NCBI GenBank assembly: GCA_965205025.1
Contig: CBDBFU010000009.1
Location: 160,001-224,000 of the forward strand
Source of the DNA: Candidatus Poribacteria bacterium
Lineage (GTDB): Bacteria > Poribacteria > WGA-4E > WGA-3G
DNA: 64,000 nucleotides
Reading direction: 5' to 3'
In this document: piece after piece, positions 41,098 to 51,227 of the stretch
Layout: each line of letters starts with the position of its first letter
How positions within the stretch are numbered: the first letter of the stretch is position 1
Made by a program: the position numbers and the translations under genes
The notes under the pieces: model-generated
Database searches by the model: none
What the model was told of the DNA's origin: nothing
What the model saw: the letters and a program-made list of their open reading frames with translations, nothing else

Positions 41098-41222
41098 GTG
41101 CGGTTAGGAAACCGCACCTACCGAGTCTATATGAGTGATTTTTTAAGGGAAATGAAGTTTATTTGCCTCTTATCAAACTCACGTAATTTATAGAATTTAC
41201 TGTAAACAGTCAATTGGGTAAT

Positions 41223-42375
41223 TTAGGACTGAAATCCGCCAGTATTAAATATGATGATTTTTTCTGAGTGTTTAATGAAACCATTTGTCAGGAGGGGTTT
41301 TAATGCTGCAACAGTTGCAGCACCTTCTGGACAGGTCAACAAACCTTCAGATGTAGGTAGTAATTTCATCGCGTCCTCGATTTCCTCATCTGACACACTT
41401 ATGGCAGCCCCATTACTTTTTCGAATTGCCTCCAAAATGAGGAAATCTCCGATAGCTTGAGGTACCCGTAGTCCACTTGCAATAGTATTGGCATCTTTCC
41501 ACGGTTCAGCATCTGACTCCCCATCTGCCCATGCCTTGACAATCGGCGCACATCCTTGTTGATTGGACCGAAATAAATCTCGGTCTTTTCTTTTTAATCC
41601 AACCGATAGCCTCTAATTCATTAAATCCTTTCCACATTCCTACTATTCCTGTTCCGCCGCCAGTAGGATAGATAATCACATCAGGGAGTTCCCAATCACA
41701 CTGCTCTGCAAGTTCAAATCCCATCGTCTTTTTGCCTTCAACACGGTACGGTTCTTTTAACGTCGAAACATCAAACCAGCCTTCATCAATTTTCCTCTCA
41801 GCAACAATCTTACCAGCATCAGTAATTAGACCATCAATAAGTGTGACGTTAGCCCCAGCAAGTTCACATGTTTTCTGATTAAAGGATGGAGTATCCTTTG
41901 GCATAAAGATGTATGCTGGAATTCCAGCACTTGCAGCGTATACAGACAAAGCAGTAGCAGCATTTCCCGCTGATGGTATTGCCAATTTATCAATACCGAG
42001 AGCTTTTGCCTTAGAAACTGCCATGGCTAATCCACGCGCCTTGAAACTACCCGTCGGTAAACGTGATTCATCCTTTACCCATAAATTATCTAATCCAAAA
42101 TGTTCTCCGAGTCGGTTGGTATGTATTAATGGTGTAACTGTCTCTCCAAGTGAGACAATATCCTCATCATTTTGTATTGGGAGTAGTTCTTTATACCTCC
42201 ATAAAGAGTTGGGTCTTGTATGGAGATCTTCAGGTTTCCAACTATTGGTTAGTTTATCCAGGGCATAACGTGCAAACAGTGGTTTTCCACACGAATGACA
42301 CACATTTTGTGGTTCTGTATGAGGGTAGGTAGCATTACATTTACTACACTCAAGGTGTTGTATATAACTATTCAT
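41223..42375 (-). CDS. thrC: Threonine synthase, frameshifted near 41556
   Basis: PTGSFKARG, SAGNAA, EGKKTMG-E, YPTGGG, VQS-GCAP, PEGAA, FNTG; one extra A. Confidence 0.85.
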
Positions 42376-42462
42376 GAATTATGTTTGCTGGAATTGAATT
42401 TGTAAGTCTTTACTGATTTACTAATTCAATATGATTGAAGGAGATTTACTTCATTGTAATTC

Positions 42463-43401
42463 TTAGGATTGCGACAGAAGATTAAGCATGATTGCTTTCA
42501 TGCTATGAAGACGATTTTCTGATTGTTCAAAGATAACTGAACGGGGGTCATCGAGGAGATCACCATGAATTTCATAACCACGATGTGCAGGTAGACAATG
42601 CATAATATGGCAATCAAGACCGTTTAGTAAATCTTGATTTAGTTGATAAGGCATCATCTTTTGGATCCGTCGTTCTCGTTCTTCTGCAAAATTGGGATCT
42701 GTGAAGAATTCCATATCTACCCAGGTATCGGTATAGACGACATCACATTCAGATATAATTTCTTGTAGCATATCGAAATTATCAATGGTTTCTGTATCAA
42801 CCGGTTGATAGCATTCCTTCTGTTCTGCTTCTGACCATAACTCCTTATCAATAGCAGCAGGATTTATTTCTGGTGCAATAACTGTAACTTCCAATCCGAC
42901 CTTCATACCAGCAGCAATGAGTGAATTGCATACATTATTGTGAACACCGACAAAACATACTTTTACCCCATCCAACTTACCCAGATGTTCCTGAATTGTC
43001 ATTAGGTCACCAATAGCCTGTGTAGGATGATACTTATCACAACACCCATTAATTATAGGTACGTTAGCTGCTTTGGCTGCATCTAACATATCATCATGCT
43101 TCAAGAATCTGGCTAATATAATATCTACATACGCAGATAAGACCCTAATTTCATCACTTAGGTCAGCAATACCAAAGTTGGTTGATCTCCAATCTAAGTA
43201 GTGTGCATGTCCACCAAGTTGTACGATGCCAATTTCACCTGCACAACGTGTCCGTGTTGATGTTTTTTGAAATAGGAGTCCGAGGCTTAATGCTTCTGCT
43301 GTGTGTCTGTATTTTTCAGGTTGATTTTTGATCTTGAGACAATCTTCTACGGTTTCTTGGATTTGCGAGTCGCTCCATTCTTTTAATGTAACTAAATGCA
43401 T
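42463..43401 (-). CDS. argF: Ornithine carbamoyltransferase-family enzyme
   Basis: STRTR, HPTQ, HCLP, ENRLH; likely start MHLVTL after GGAG; atypical DME loop. Confidence 0.75.
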   Translation of the reverse strand: MHLVTLKEWSDSQIQETVEDCLKIKNQPEKYRHTAEALSLGLLFQKTSTRTRCAGEIGIVQLGGHAHYLDWRSTNFGIADLSDEIRVLSAYVDIILARFLKHDDMLDAAKAANVPIINGCCDKYHPTQAIGDLMTIQEHLGKLDGVKVCFVGVHNNVCNSLIAAGMKVGLEVTVIAPEINPAAIDKELWSEAEQKECYQPVDTETIDNFDMLQEIISECDVVYTDTWVDMEFFTDPNFAEERERRIQKMMPYQLNQDLLNGLDCHIMHCLPAHRGYEIHGDLLDDPRSVIFEQSENRLHSMKAIMLNLLSQS

Positions 43402-43827
43402 ATTCGTCTCCACTATTGGTATATCCACATTTTTTATGCGATTACCCGTATAAGAAACGAATATTATAATCGATTTTTCTATGGTTGTCAAATGAAATCA
43501 GGTATGTAATGTATTCGGTAAGAATATCATACTACCTTTGTGAGTGTAAACAAATCCTAATCTTCATACTCTTGAAACTACATACGCGAAAAATTCTTAC
43601 AGGTTTGGTTATATATAATAATGTAGGATGTGTGGATAATGTGTATGAAAAAGTGTTAATATATATCGTTTTAGACAATAGCACTTTCACGGAAACCTTC
43701 ACGGAGCAATTTTACGAAGCCTTATTCTATAAGGGTTTATAATTAAAGTATACCAATTCTCCGTGAATCACATCCGTTAATTATTATATAACTTAAGTAC
43801 TTATATGTTTTTCATACAAAGTGTATT

Positions 43828-43905
43828 GGGACATAGCACTCCGCTGGAGTGCCAGATTGTTCCGATATTGTTTTCTATAGACATAGTACTCCCGCTGGAG
43901 TACGG
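43828..43905. repeat. Tandem REP-like palindromes (ACATAG-ACTCCGCTGGAGT type)
   Basis: GCACTCCGCTGGAGTGC and CTATAGACATAGTACTCCCGCTGGAGTAC; related units at 18811-18885, 22911-22937, 46728-46958. Confidence 0.7.
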
Positions 43906-44462
43906 TATTTTTGATATAGAAAACTCCAAAAAATAGACTTATCATTAGATTCTCAGTTTCCCTTAAATAGAATTATCAAAATTATAGTAGTAAAGAATAA
44001 GCTGTAATTCTCGAAAGGGTGTGTAAAGTTTTTGGCATGAATATCACGGATCATAGGGTAATTAACTTATAGTTGGTAGTTTTTTAGTTGTTCACAATAG
44101 TTATATTTATGTTTTCTATATGTTGAATAAAGTTACACTTTTTGTCACACGGTGTGACATTGATAAAATCCCTCTCCCGTTAGTCCTACACTAAGTTTAT
44201 AGCCACTTTTTTTAAGTTACAAGAATTTGCAAAAATGATAACTTTTGTGTCTTTTACTTTCCTCATAAACCATTGATTTGGATATTTTATGTTAATTTTT
44301 TTACCTTCCATTTTGATAGATATTAGAACATCTCTTATAAATCGTATATTTGTAGAATTCTTTGAATTCGTCATTTGCTATATATTGAACAAACGGACGG
44401 AGAAACAATGTTTATCCCATGAATAGTTGTTAAAGCATGGCTTGAAATACTGCATAAACTGG

Positions 44463-44563
44463 ATGAAGATTAATTTATTAAATCGGTAATATACGGGCGG
44501 GTTAACCCCGCCCCTACGATAATTTTATGGACTGGATTACCGAAATATTTACTTAATCCTCAT
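44463..44563. mobile_element. Loop-inserted MITE, copy C, carrying a different REP
   Basis: ATGAAGATTAA...TTAATCCTCAT; flanks GCATAAACTGG | GAAGTTTATGCTAC; core GGGCGGGTTAACCCCGCCCCTAC. Confidence 0.8.
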
Positions 44564-44726
44564 GAAGTTTATGCTACATCAAAGAGATTTTAATTATCGG
44601 TAACGGTATTGTAACGATATAGTATTATACAATTTTATTTTCATTTTGACAAATATTTTTATATTATTGTGATATATGTGTATTTGTTGTTAGATATTTA
44701 TATTTTCTTCATTTTATTTTAAATTT

Positions 44727-44945
44727 CTTAATAATGATCACCCATTATTAATTAAAGAAACCCCCTAAATCCCCCTTATATGAAGATTAAAATAATAATT
44801 CGGTAATGTGTTAGTAATTCGGTTCGGTTAGGAAACCGAACCTACCAAGTTTGGGAAAATGGGAATTACCGAATTTAAAACTTAATCCTCATTCAGGGGA
44901 TCACTATGAGTATTCATAATGGGAACTATTTAAATAGAAATGGTA
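44727..44945. mobile_element. Copy of the 8734-8848 MITE (left end missing) interrupted by loop-inserted MITE copy D (44780-44892)
   Basis: CCCCCTTAT | ATGAAGATTAA...TTAATCCTCAT | TCAGGGG versus empty CCCCCTTATCAGGGGG at 8787-8802. Confidence 0.85.
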
Positions 44946-45132
44946 TTATTTTAAATTTATTCAATAAATATCCTTTTGGTAAATCAGAGAGGGATATTAA
45001 AAGTCATTAGTATACTGAAGAAGAAACAGTTAATGGTAATCCTGAACGGATGTATTTGGAATTGGGATTTCATTGGTGTTTTGTCAAGTGATAAGAAGTT
45101 CAATTATCTGTATATTTCTGTCGAAGTCCTGT

Positions 45133-45161
45133 TTGACAACCTTAAATCAGTGTGTTAAAAT
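45133..45161 (+). promoter_or_regulatory. Sigma70 promoter of lpdA
   Basis: TTGACA-17 bp-TAAAAT with TG extended -10. Confidence 0.7.
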
Positions 45162-45188
45162 AACATACATTTGAGATGAGGAGTTCTT

Positions 45189-46565
45189 ATGTCTGTGTTT
45201 GATGTTGGCATTGTCGGTGGAGGACCAGGGGGTTATGTTGCAGCTATCAAAGCTGCCCAACTTGGTGGTTCAGTTTGTCTGATAGAAAAAAATGAATTGG
45301 GTGGGACTTGTTTAAACAGAGGATGTATACCGACTAAAACACTTTATTCAGTAGCACACCTTGCGGAACAAGTTCATAATACCCAAACACTTAATATACA
45401 GAATGCTTCCGTTGATTATTCAAAGACATTGGAACATAAGACGCAAGTGATTGAGAAGTTGAAGGGTGGGATAGCTCAACTTCTTAAAGCAAACAATATA
45501 CAAACATTGAATGGTACTGCTACACTTACTGATAAAAATACAATTGCAATTGAAAAAAGTGATGGTACCAGTGAAGAAATATCGGTTAAAAATGTAATCA
45601 TTGCCACCGGATCTGAACCTGCTGAACCACCTATTTTCGAAATTGATGAAACCGATGTCTTGACGACTACAGGTATCCTTAATCTAACTGAAATACCTGA
45701 GAGTCTCCTAATTGTCGGTGGTGGTGTTTCTGGGTGTGAATTTGCTTCTATATTTGCGGCATTGGGATGTGATGTGACCGTTGTGGAACTGCTTCCTACT
45801 ATCTTAGCAACGGAAGATGTACAGGTGATTCGACATATCCAGCTTTTTATGAAGCGGAAGGGAATTAAATTTCATACAGAAGCAAATATTACCCAAATAA
45901 GTAAAACTGAATCTGGAGTGACAACAACACTTGAATCGGGTGAAGACCTCACAGCACAAAAATTATTGGTTTCGATTGGTAGGCGTTTCAATTCTGAAGG
46001 ATTAGGATTAGAAAAGGTGGGTATACAAACAGAAAATGGTAAGATACTTGTGGATGATAAGATGATGACAAACATTCCGGGGATTTATGCTGTGGGAGAT
46101 GTTGCCAGTCGATATCTCTTGGCTCATGTAGCATCGGCAGAAGGAAAAGTTGCAGCACAAAACTGTATGGGTAAAACCACCGAGATGGATTACCAAGTGA
46201 TTCCGTGGTGTGTGTTTACTTTACCAGAAATTGGTCATGTTGGTATGACAGAAAAGGAAGCAACAGATGAGGGTTATGAAGTTAAGGTGGGTAGATTTCC
46301 GTATGCAGCGAGTGGAATGGCTCTTGGGATGGCAGAATCAGATGGATTTGTTAAAACTGTTGCTGATGCGGATAGTGGTGATATTCTTGGGGTTCATATT
46401 GTGGGTGTCCATGCTTCAACCTTGATCCATGAAGCTGCTGTTGCTGTTCGTGTAGGTGCATCTGTAGAAGATATTGCCCATACTGTTCATGCACATCCTA
46501 CACTATCTGAAATGGTTATGGAATCCGCTGAAGCAGCCTATGACCGCGCGATTCATGTGTTATAA
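45189..46565 (+). CDS. lpdA: Dihydrolipoyl dehydrogenase
   Basis: GGGPGGY, GGTCLNRGCIPTK, GGG-SGCE, HAHPTLSE. Confidence 0.95.
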   Translation: MSVFDVGIVGGGPGGYVAAIKAAQLGGSVCLIEKNELGGTCLNRGCIPTKTLYSVAHLAEQVHNTQTLNIQNASVDYSKTLEHKTQVIEKLKGGIAQLLKANNIQTLNGTATLTDKNTIAIEKSDGTSEEISVKNVIIATGSEPAEPPIFEIDETDVLTTTGILNLTEIPESLLIVGGGVSGCEFASIFAALGCDVTVVELLPTILATEDVQVIRHIQLFMKRKGIKFHTEANITQISKTESGVTTTLESGEDLTAQKLLVSIGRRFNSEGLGLEKVGIQTENGKILVDDKMMTNIPGIYAVGDVASRYLLAHVASAEGKVAAQNCMGKTTEMDYQVIPWCVFTLPEIGHVGMTEKEATDEGYEVKVGRFPYAASGMALGMAESDGFVKTVADADSGDILGVHIVGVHASTLIHEAAVAVRVGASVEDIAHTVHAHPTLSEMVMESAEAAYDRAIHVL

Positions 46566-46727
46566 GTTGGCTTACAATAGTTATCTTGTATACATTCAAT
46601 GTTACTGTATTTACAGCAGCATTTCTAAATGATGATTACTCATTACTAATTGGCTATAGTTTTGACAATCATCAGATATTTTAGGTTGATCTGGTACTAA
46701 AGCAACTAATTGAATTAGAACGACATT

Positions 46728-47140
46728 AATACACATTTCGCCCCGTTGGGCTTGCTTGGTGGATTTCACCGTTTTCTACATACATTTCGCCCCGCTGGGG
46801 CTTCTAATATTTCAAATTGAAGTATTTTCTTTGAGTAAATTATGTGTGTATTACAGACAGAAATACATCTATCTTTGAAATATAAACATCCCGTCCCTAC
46901 AGGACTCAAGATAGTGGATAAACACGTTTTCTATAGACATTTCGTCCCTACGGGGACTCATAAATATGTATATGGTAATTCCAGTTTTAGATAAGTCATA
47001 ATGTAAATCTATCAATTGAAAATGGTATAACATAACTACAGCTTAAAATGTCCTAACTAAAGTAATTGAAGAAATCCTAAACTCTTATGATTGAGACTAC
47101 TAAGAGTATTCATACTGGAACTATTTAAATAGAAATGGTA
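46728..47140. repeat. REP doublets and MITE ends
   Basis: ACATTTCGCCCCG(T/C)TGGG x2, ACAT--CGTCCCTAC-GG-AC x2, AAATGGTA ends near 47027 and at 47140. Confidence 0.7.
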
Positions 47141-47164
47141 TTATTAGTTTTTGATCAATAGAAA

Positions 47165-47869
47165 TCATTTCTCATTTTTAATCCTCTCTTCTGCAATTTT
47201 TACATACTTATTATCTAAATCACATCCAGCGAATGTACGGTAGTTTCTAACGGCTGCAACACCTGTTGTTCCAGAACCAAGAAATGGGTCTACGACCAAA
47301 TCCCCAGTGTTACTATGTTTGCGTACCAAATCTTCAAAGAGCAATAAAGGTTTTTGGGTTGGATGTAATCTATTTCCTTTGTGCCTTGGAATAGGATATT
47401 CGTAAATACCTGAATCATACTCGCTATTGAATGTTGGTTTCCCAACCTTAACTCCAGAAACTGCCATCTCCCGACTGTTTGATAAATAAGTAGATCTCAT
47501 ATTGAGAGGAACAGGATTGGTTTTTTGCCAGATGATTAATCGAATCATTTTGAAACCAGCAGATTCCATTGCATCCTTTAGTTTTCCAATTTTCCAAATA
47601 TCATACCAGACGATAGCAGTTCCACCCCGCCGCAAGGAATTATAAAACAATTTTGCCATATCCTGCAGGTTTACTTCTGTCTGATCCCACTTTCCAAAAT
47701 CCATACTAACAGCGAATCTTTTTTCACCATTTACTACCGCCGAGAATCCTGTCTTTTTGCTGATACAGTACGGTGGATCAGTAAGGATAAGATCAACCGA
47801 TTTCTTTGGAAAGGTTGTCATAAAGTCTTGATAATCAGCATTCTCAATACGGTATTCAGGTGGTATCAT
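47165..47869 (-). CDS. Site-specific DNA methyltransferase (N4C/N6A, beta class), orphan
   Basis: TDPPY near N-terminus, HPTQKP, DPFLGSGTT near C-terminus. Confidence 0.92.
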   Translation of the reverse strand: MIPPEYRIENADYQDFMTTFPKKSVDLILTDPPYCISKKTGFSAVVNGEKRFAVSMDFGKWDQTEVNLQDMAKLFYNSLRRGGTAIVWYDIWKIGKLKDAMESAGFKMIRLIIWQKTNPVPLNMRSTYLSNSREMAVSGVKVGKPTFNSEYDSGIYEYPIPRHKGNRLHPTQKPLLLFEDLVRKHSNTGDLVVDPFLGSGTTGVAAVRNYRTFAGCDLDNKYVKIAEERIKNEK

Positions 47870-48123
47870 AGGAGTTGCCTTATAGTTTAATTAACGGGTG
47901 TTAATTTTGTAGATACTTTTATTTTAGCATAAATACATACATTGATTCCAGAATATTTTGATCGAATGAACATGCCTGCCTTTATGATAGTTGATACTAT
48001 CATAATACCTGTGTCATTTAGTTTTAGATTACAACGTACGATTGTTAGGATGGAAAGGTATTATTACGGATGGATGAAACTCGGATTTTAATCTCGTGGT
48101 TTGCAGTCTACACGAACTTTTAC

Positions 48124-48390
48124 CTAAGATTGCCAATTATAGGTTTCAGCAAATTCTGTAACAGTTCGTTTCGCTCTATCCTCAAATTTCTCTAAATCCA
48201 CTTTATCTATGTCTTTTGAATAACGTATAATTAAAATGATGGTTTTACCATCACCTGATGGAACATATACTTTACTGATTTTAGTACCGGAATCGACATC
48301 AAGATACGGTGCGAATGTATTTAACTGATATGCTAACCATTCTAATCGCGTAGGGATATATTTTTCAAATCCTGGTGATATATTCAACAT
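48124..48390 (-). CDS. Hypothetical protein
   Basis: AAGGA RBS, plausible composition; possibly a premature TAG. Confidence 0.5.
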   Translation of the reverse strand: MLNISPGFEKYIPTRLEWLAYQLNTFAPYLDVDSGTKISKVYVPSGDGKTIILIIRYSKDIDKVDLEKFEDRAKRTVTEFAETYNWQS

Positions 48391-48463
48391 GAGTATTCCT
48401 TTTGAAAATATAAGGTTAATGCTGATCTTAATCTTGAAAATTTAGCGAAGTAATATAATTAAT

Positions 48464-49381
48464 TCAGAACTTAGCTATTTCCTGAAGTTCCTGGTACCGT
48501 GACTCTATTTCATCTTCTGTAACCGTCTTATGTCGATTAATTGCGAAATCTTCAATATTGAATGATGCTATGACCGAACCGTATATCATGGCTTTTCGGA
48601 TTGATGATTCTGTGGTGTCCCCAACTGATGCGAGATAACCGATGAATCCACCAGCAAAACAATCGCCTGCTCCAGTTGGATCAATGACTTCTGTAAGTGG
48701 ATATGCTGGTGCACTGAAAAATGAGGATTCAGTAATACTGATTGCACCATGTTCTCCCTTTTTAATGATAACACGTTCTGGTCCAATCTGTAAAATCCTA
48801 TTTGCAGCTTTAATTAAATTCGATTCGCCTGTTAACAGTCTTGCTTCACTATCGTTGAGTATGAGGATGTCTACATGTTGTATTGTTTTATCTAACGCAT
48901 CACGTTCCTCATTTATCCAGAAATCCATCGTATCGCACACAATTAATTTAGGATTTGATGCTTGTTGTATGATATCCAATTGTAACTGTGGTGGGTCATT
49001 TGCCAAGAAGATATATGGCGTTTCTTTGTATGAATCGGGTAAAATTGGATGAAAGTCAAGAACAACATTTAACTCCGTAAATAGCGTATCACGGATATTG
49101 AAGTCATCAGAATATCTACCACCCCATCGGAATGTTTTTCCGTTTTCTACCCGTCTGAGTCCTTCAAGGTCGACCCCATGTGTTTTGAGGATGTCAGTAT
49201 AATCTTGTGGAAAATCATCTCCCACGACACTGACAAGTCGAATAGTATCATCAAAGAAACTGGCAGCTACTGCAGCATACATTCCAGAACCACCTAAAAC
49301 GTCTTCAACTCTTTTTTCAGGTGTTTCTACTGTATCTAATGTAACTGTACCAAGTACTAATACTCCCATCTGATGCTCCAA
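48464..49381 (-). CDS. PfkB-family sugar/nucleoside kinase (probable adenosine kinase)
   Basis: LGGSG-YAA, N--EA, DPTGAGDCFAGG; downstream of metK-ahcY. Confidence 0.88.
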   Translation of the reverse strand: MEHQMGVLVLGTVTLDTVETPEKRVEDVLGGSGMYAAVAASFFDDTIRLVSVVGDDFPQDYTDILKTHGVDLEGLRRVENGKTFRWGGRYSDDFNIRDTLFTELNVVLDFHPILPDSYKETPYIFLANDPPQLQLDIIQQASNPKLIVCDTMDFWINEERDALDKTIQHVDILILNDSEARLLTGESNLIKAANRILQIGPERVIIKKGEHGAISITESSFFSAPAYPLTEVIDPTGAGDCFAGGFIGYLASVGDTTESSIRKAMIYGSVIASFNIEDFAINRHKTVTEDEIESRYQELQEIAKF

Positions 49382-49447
49382 TAGTTGTTGGTTATTAGTT
49401 AATAGTTAATAGTTGTTATACCATCACAGTATATGTACTCATCTGCA

Positions 49448-49478
49448 CAAAAACAACGTCGAGATAAATCTCGACGTT
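49448..49478 (-). terminator. Probable terminator hairpin
   Basis: AACGTCGAGAT-AA-ATCTCGACGTT followed by GTTTTT on the minus strand. Confidence 0.5.
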
Positions 49479-49518
49479 ATACATGATGAGACATTTTCAA
49501 TATAAGCACAATCCGGTT

Positions 49519-49749
49519 TTAAAACTTTCCGGGACGATCTTTGTTCTCGCGGACTGCATGGATGATTCGACGCAATCGTCGTACCAGAATAGCACCCAAC
49601 ACGACAAGTAAAGGATACTGTAGGAAACGGAGGAATGACGCTATAGAGGGTGAAAACTCAACTCTACCAGATTGTGCTAACCACACCGGTAAAAAAAGCA
49701 CTACAATAATAAGGAGTATTACACTCTCAATTACCTCTGGTTTTTTCAT
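49519..49749 (-). CDS. Small two-TM membrane protein
   Basis: GAGG RBS, two hydrophobic helices, basic tail. Confidence 0.65.
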   Translation of the reverse strand: MKKPEVIESVILLIIVVLFLPVWLAQSGRVEFSPSIASFLRFLQYPLLVVLGAILVRRLRRIIHAVRENKDRPGKF

Positions 49750-49769
49750 GGATATTCCTCTATAACACC

Positions 49770-49945
49770 CATAGGCGTCAATTTAGTGCTTAGATTAAAT
49801 GAAAAATGGACTCTTTTGTATGAGTGATCTCTGAATCACGACACCCAATTACAGTCGGGAATCGGAGTTCCCTCCTACAGAAGAGAAGATCGGGGATTGG
49901 AATCCCCTGCTACAGCAGAATATAATCCTAAAATTAACACTAATA
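49770..49945. mobile_element. MITE with IS231-like end enclosing GTAG-type REPs
   Basis: CATAGGCGTCAATTTAG at 49770, degenerate CTAAAATTAACACTA near 49928; internal GGGAATCGGAGTTCCCTCCTAC and GGGGATTGGAATCCCCTGCTAC. Confidence 0.6.
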
Positions 49946-49956
49946 GAATCAAATTC

Positions 49957-51219
49957 CTATGTACCCATCTCCCATGAGTTAAGGTATTTTTCTTGCTCAG
50001 CAGTAAGTGTGTCAATTTGAATACCGAATGAATCCAATTTTAATTTTGCGACTTCTTCATCAATGGATTCAGGAACATCATAAACTTGATTTTCAAGTTT
50101 ATTCTTGTTCTGAGTAATATATTCAAGTGATAAGGCTTGATTTGCAAAGCTCATGTCCATCACACTGGCTGGATGTCCTTCAGCCGATGCCAAGTTTACC
50201 AAACGACCTTCACCGATAAGATATACTGTCCGTCCATTTGTAAGCGTATAGGATTCAACATATTCCCGAGCAGTTGCCTGTTCAACTGCAAGTTCCTCAA
50301 GTGCAGGAATGTCTATCTCCACATTAAAGTGGCCAGAATTGGCGATAATTGCACCATTCTTCATGACTTCAAAGTGTTCTTTACGTAATACATGAATATC
50401 ACCAGTCAATGTGATGATAAGGTCTGCTTCTTCAACAGCTTTCTGCATCTGCATAACTCTAAATCCATCCATCACAGCTTCCAATGCTTTTAGTGCAGTC
50501 ACCTCAGTTACAATGACATTCGCTCCTAACCCTCTTGCCCGATTGGCAACGCCTCTACCACACCATCCATAGCCTGCGACAACAACAGTGCTTCCAGCAA
50601 TTAACAGATTCGTAGCCCGTATGATTCCATCTAAAGTACTTTGACCAGTTCCATATCTATTATCAAAGAAGTGTTTTGTGTTTGCATCATTTACAGCTAT
50701 GATAGGATATTTCAGAACACCTTCAGCAGCCATGCTCTTGAGTCTAATTACACCTGTGGTTGTTTCTTCTGTACCGGCGACGATATTCTCAACCAGTGCT
50801 GGATTTGTTTCTTCTGAATGTAAAAGCGAAACTAAATCAGCACCATCATCCATTGTAATATTGGATTCTGTAGCCAGTGCTGCGTGAATATGTTTGTAAT
50901 ATGTTTCAGTATCCTCTCCATTAATGGCAAAAACAGCTATGTCGTCATTCACAACCAGAGATGCAGCAACATCATCTTGAGTACTAAGTGGGTTGGATGC
51001 ACAAAGTGCTAATTCAGCTCCACCAGCTTTGAGTGTTTGCATGAGGTTTGCAGTTTCTGTTGTAACGTGTAAACATGCGGATACTTTCATTCCTTGCAAT
51101 GGTTGTTCATCTATAAACCGGTCTCGAATTGAGGTTAAAACAGGCATAAACCGTTTTGCCCATTCAATTCTTTGGTGTCCAGTATCTGCAAGGTCGGTAG
51201 TCCTGATATCGTAATCCAT
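49957..51219 (-). CDS. ahcY: Adenosylhomocysteinase
   Basis: [54 protein letters not shown]. Confidence 0.97.
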   Translation of the reverse strand: MDYDIRTTDLADTGHQRIEWAKRFMPVLTSIRDRFIDEQPLQGMKVSACLHVTTETANLMQTLKAGGAELALCASNPLSTQDDVAASLVVNDDIAVFAINGEDTETYYKHIHAALATESNITMDDGADLVSLLHSEETNPALVENIVAGTEETTTGVIRLKSMAAEGVLKYPIIAVNDANTKHFFDNRYGTGQSTLDGIIRATNLLIAGSTVVVAGYGWCGRGVANRARGLGANVIVTEVTALKALEAVMDGFRVMQMQKAVEEADLIITLTGDIHVLRKEHFEVMKNGAIIANSGHFNVEIDIPALEELAVEQATAREYVESYTLTNGRTVYLIGEGRLVNLASAEGHPASVMDMSFANQALSLEYITQNKNKLENQVYDVPESIDEEVAKLKLDSFGIQIDTLTAEQEKYLNSWEMGT

Positions 51220-51227
51220 TGTCCTAA

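Noticed and set aside
43485-45158. Short ORFs 43485-43742, 44186-44374, 44976-45158 (also 6212-6394)
   Set aside because: Lie in AT-rich repeat mosaic; no RBS or motifs
46728-46958. Repeated palindromic units resembling a CRISPR array
   Set aside because: Only doublets, degenerate, irregularly spaced and dispersed at other loci; no cas genes. REP-like instead.
49381-49420. Short TAGTTAA/TAGTTGT tandem repeat
   Set aside because: Only a few degenerate units; no evidence of function
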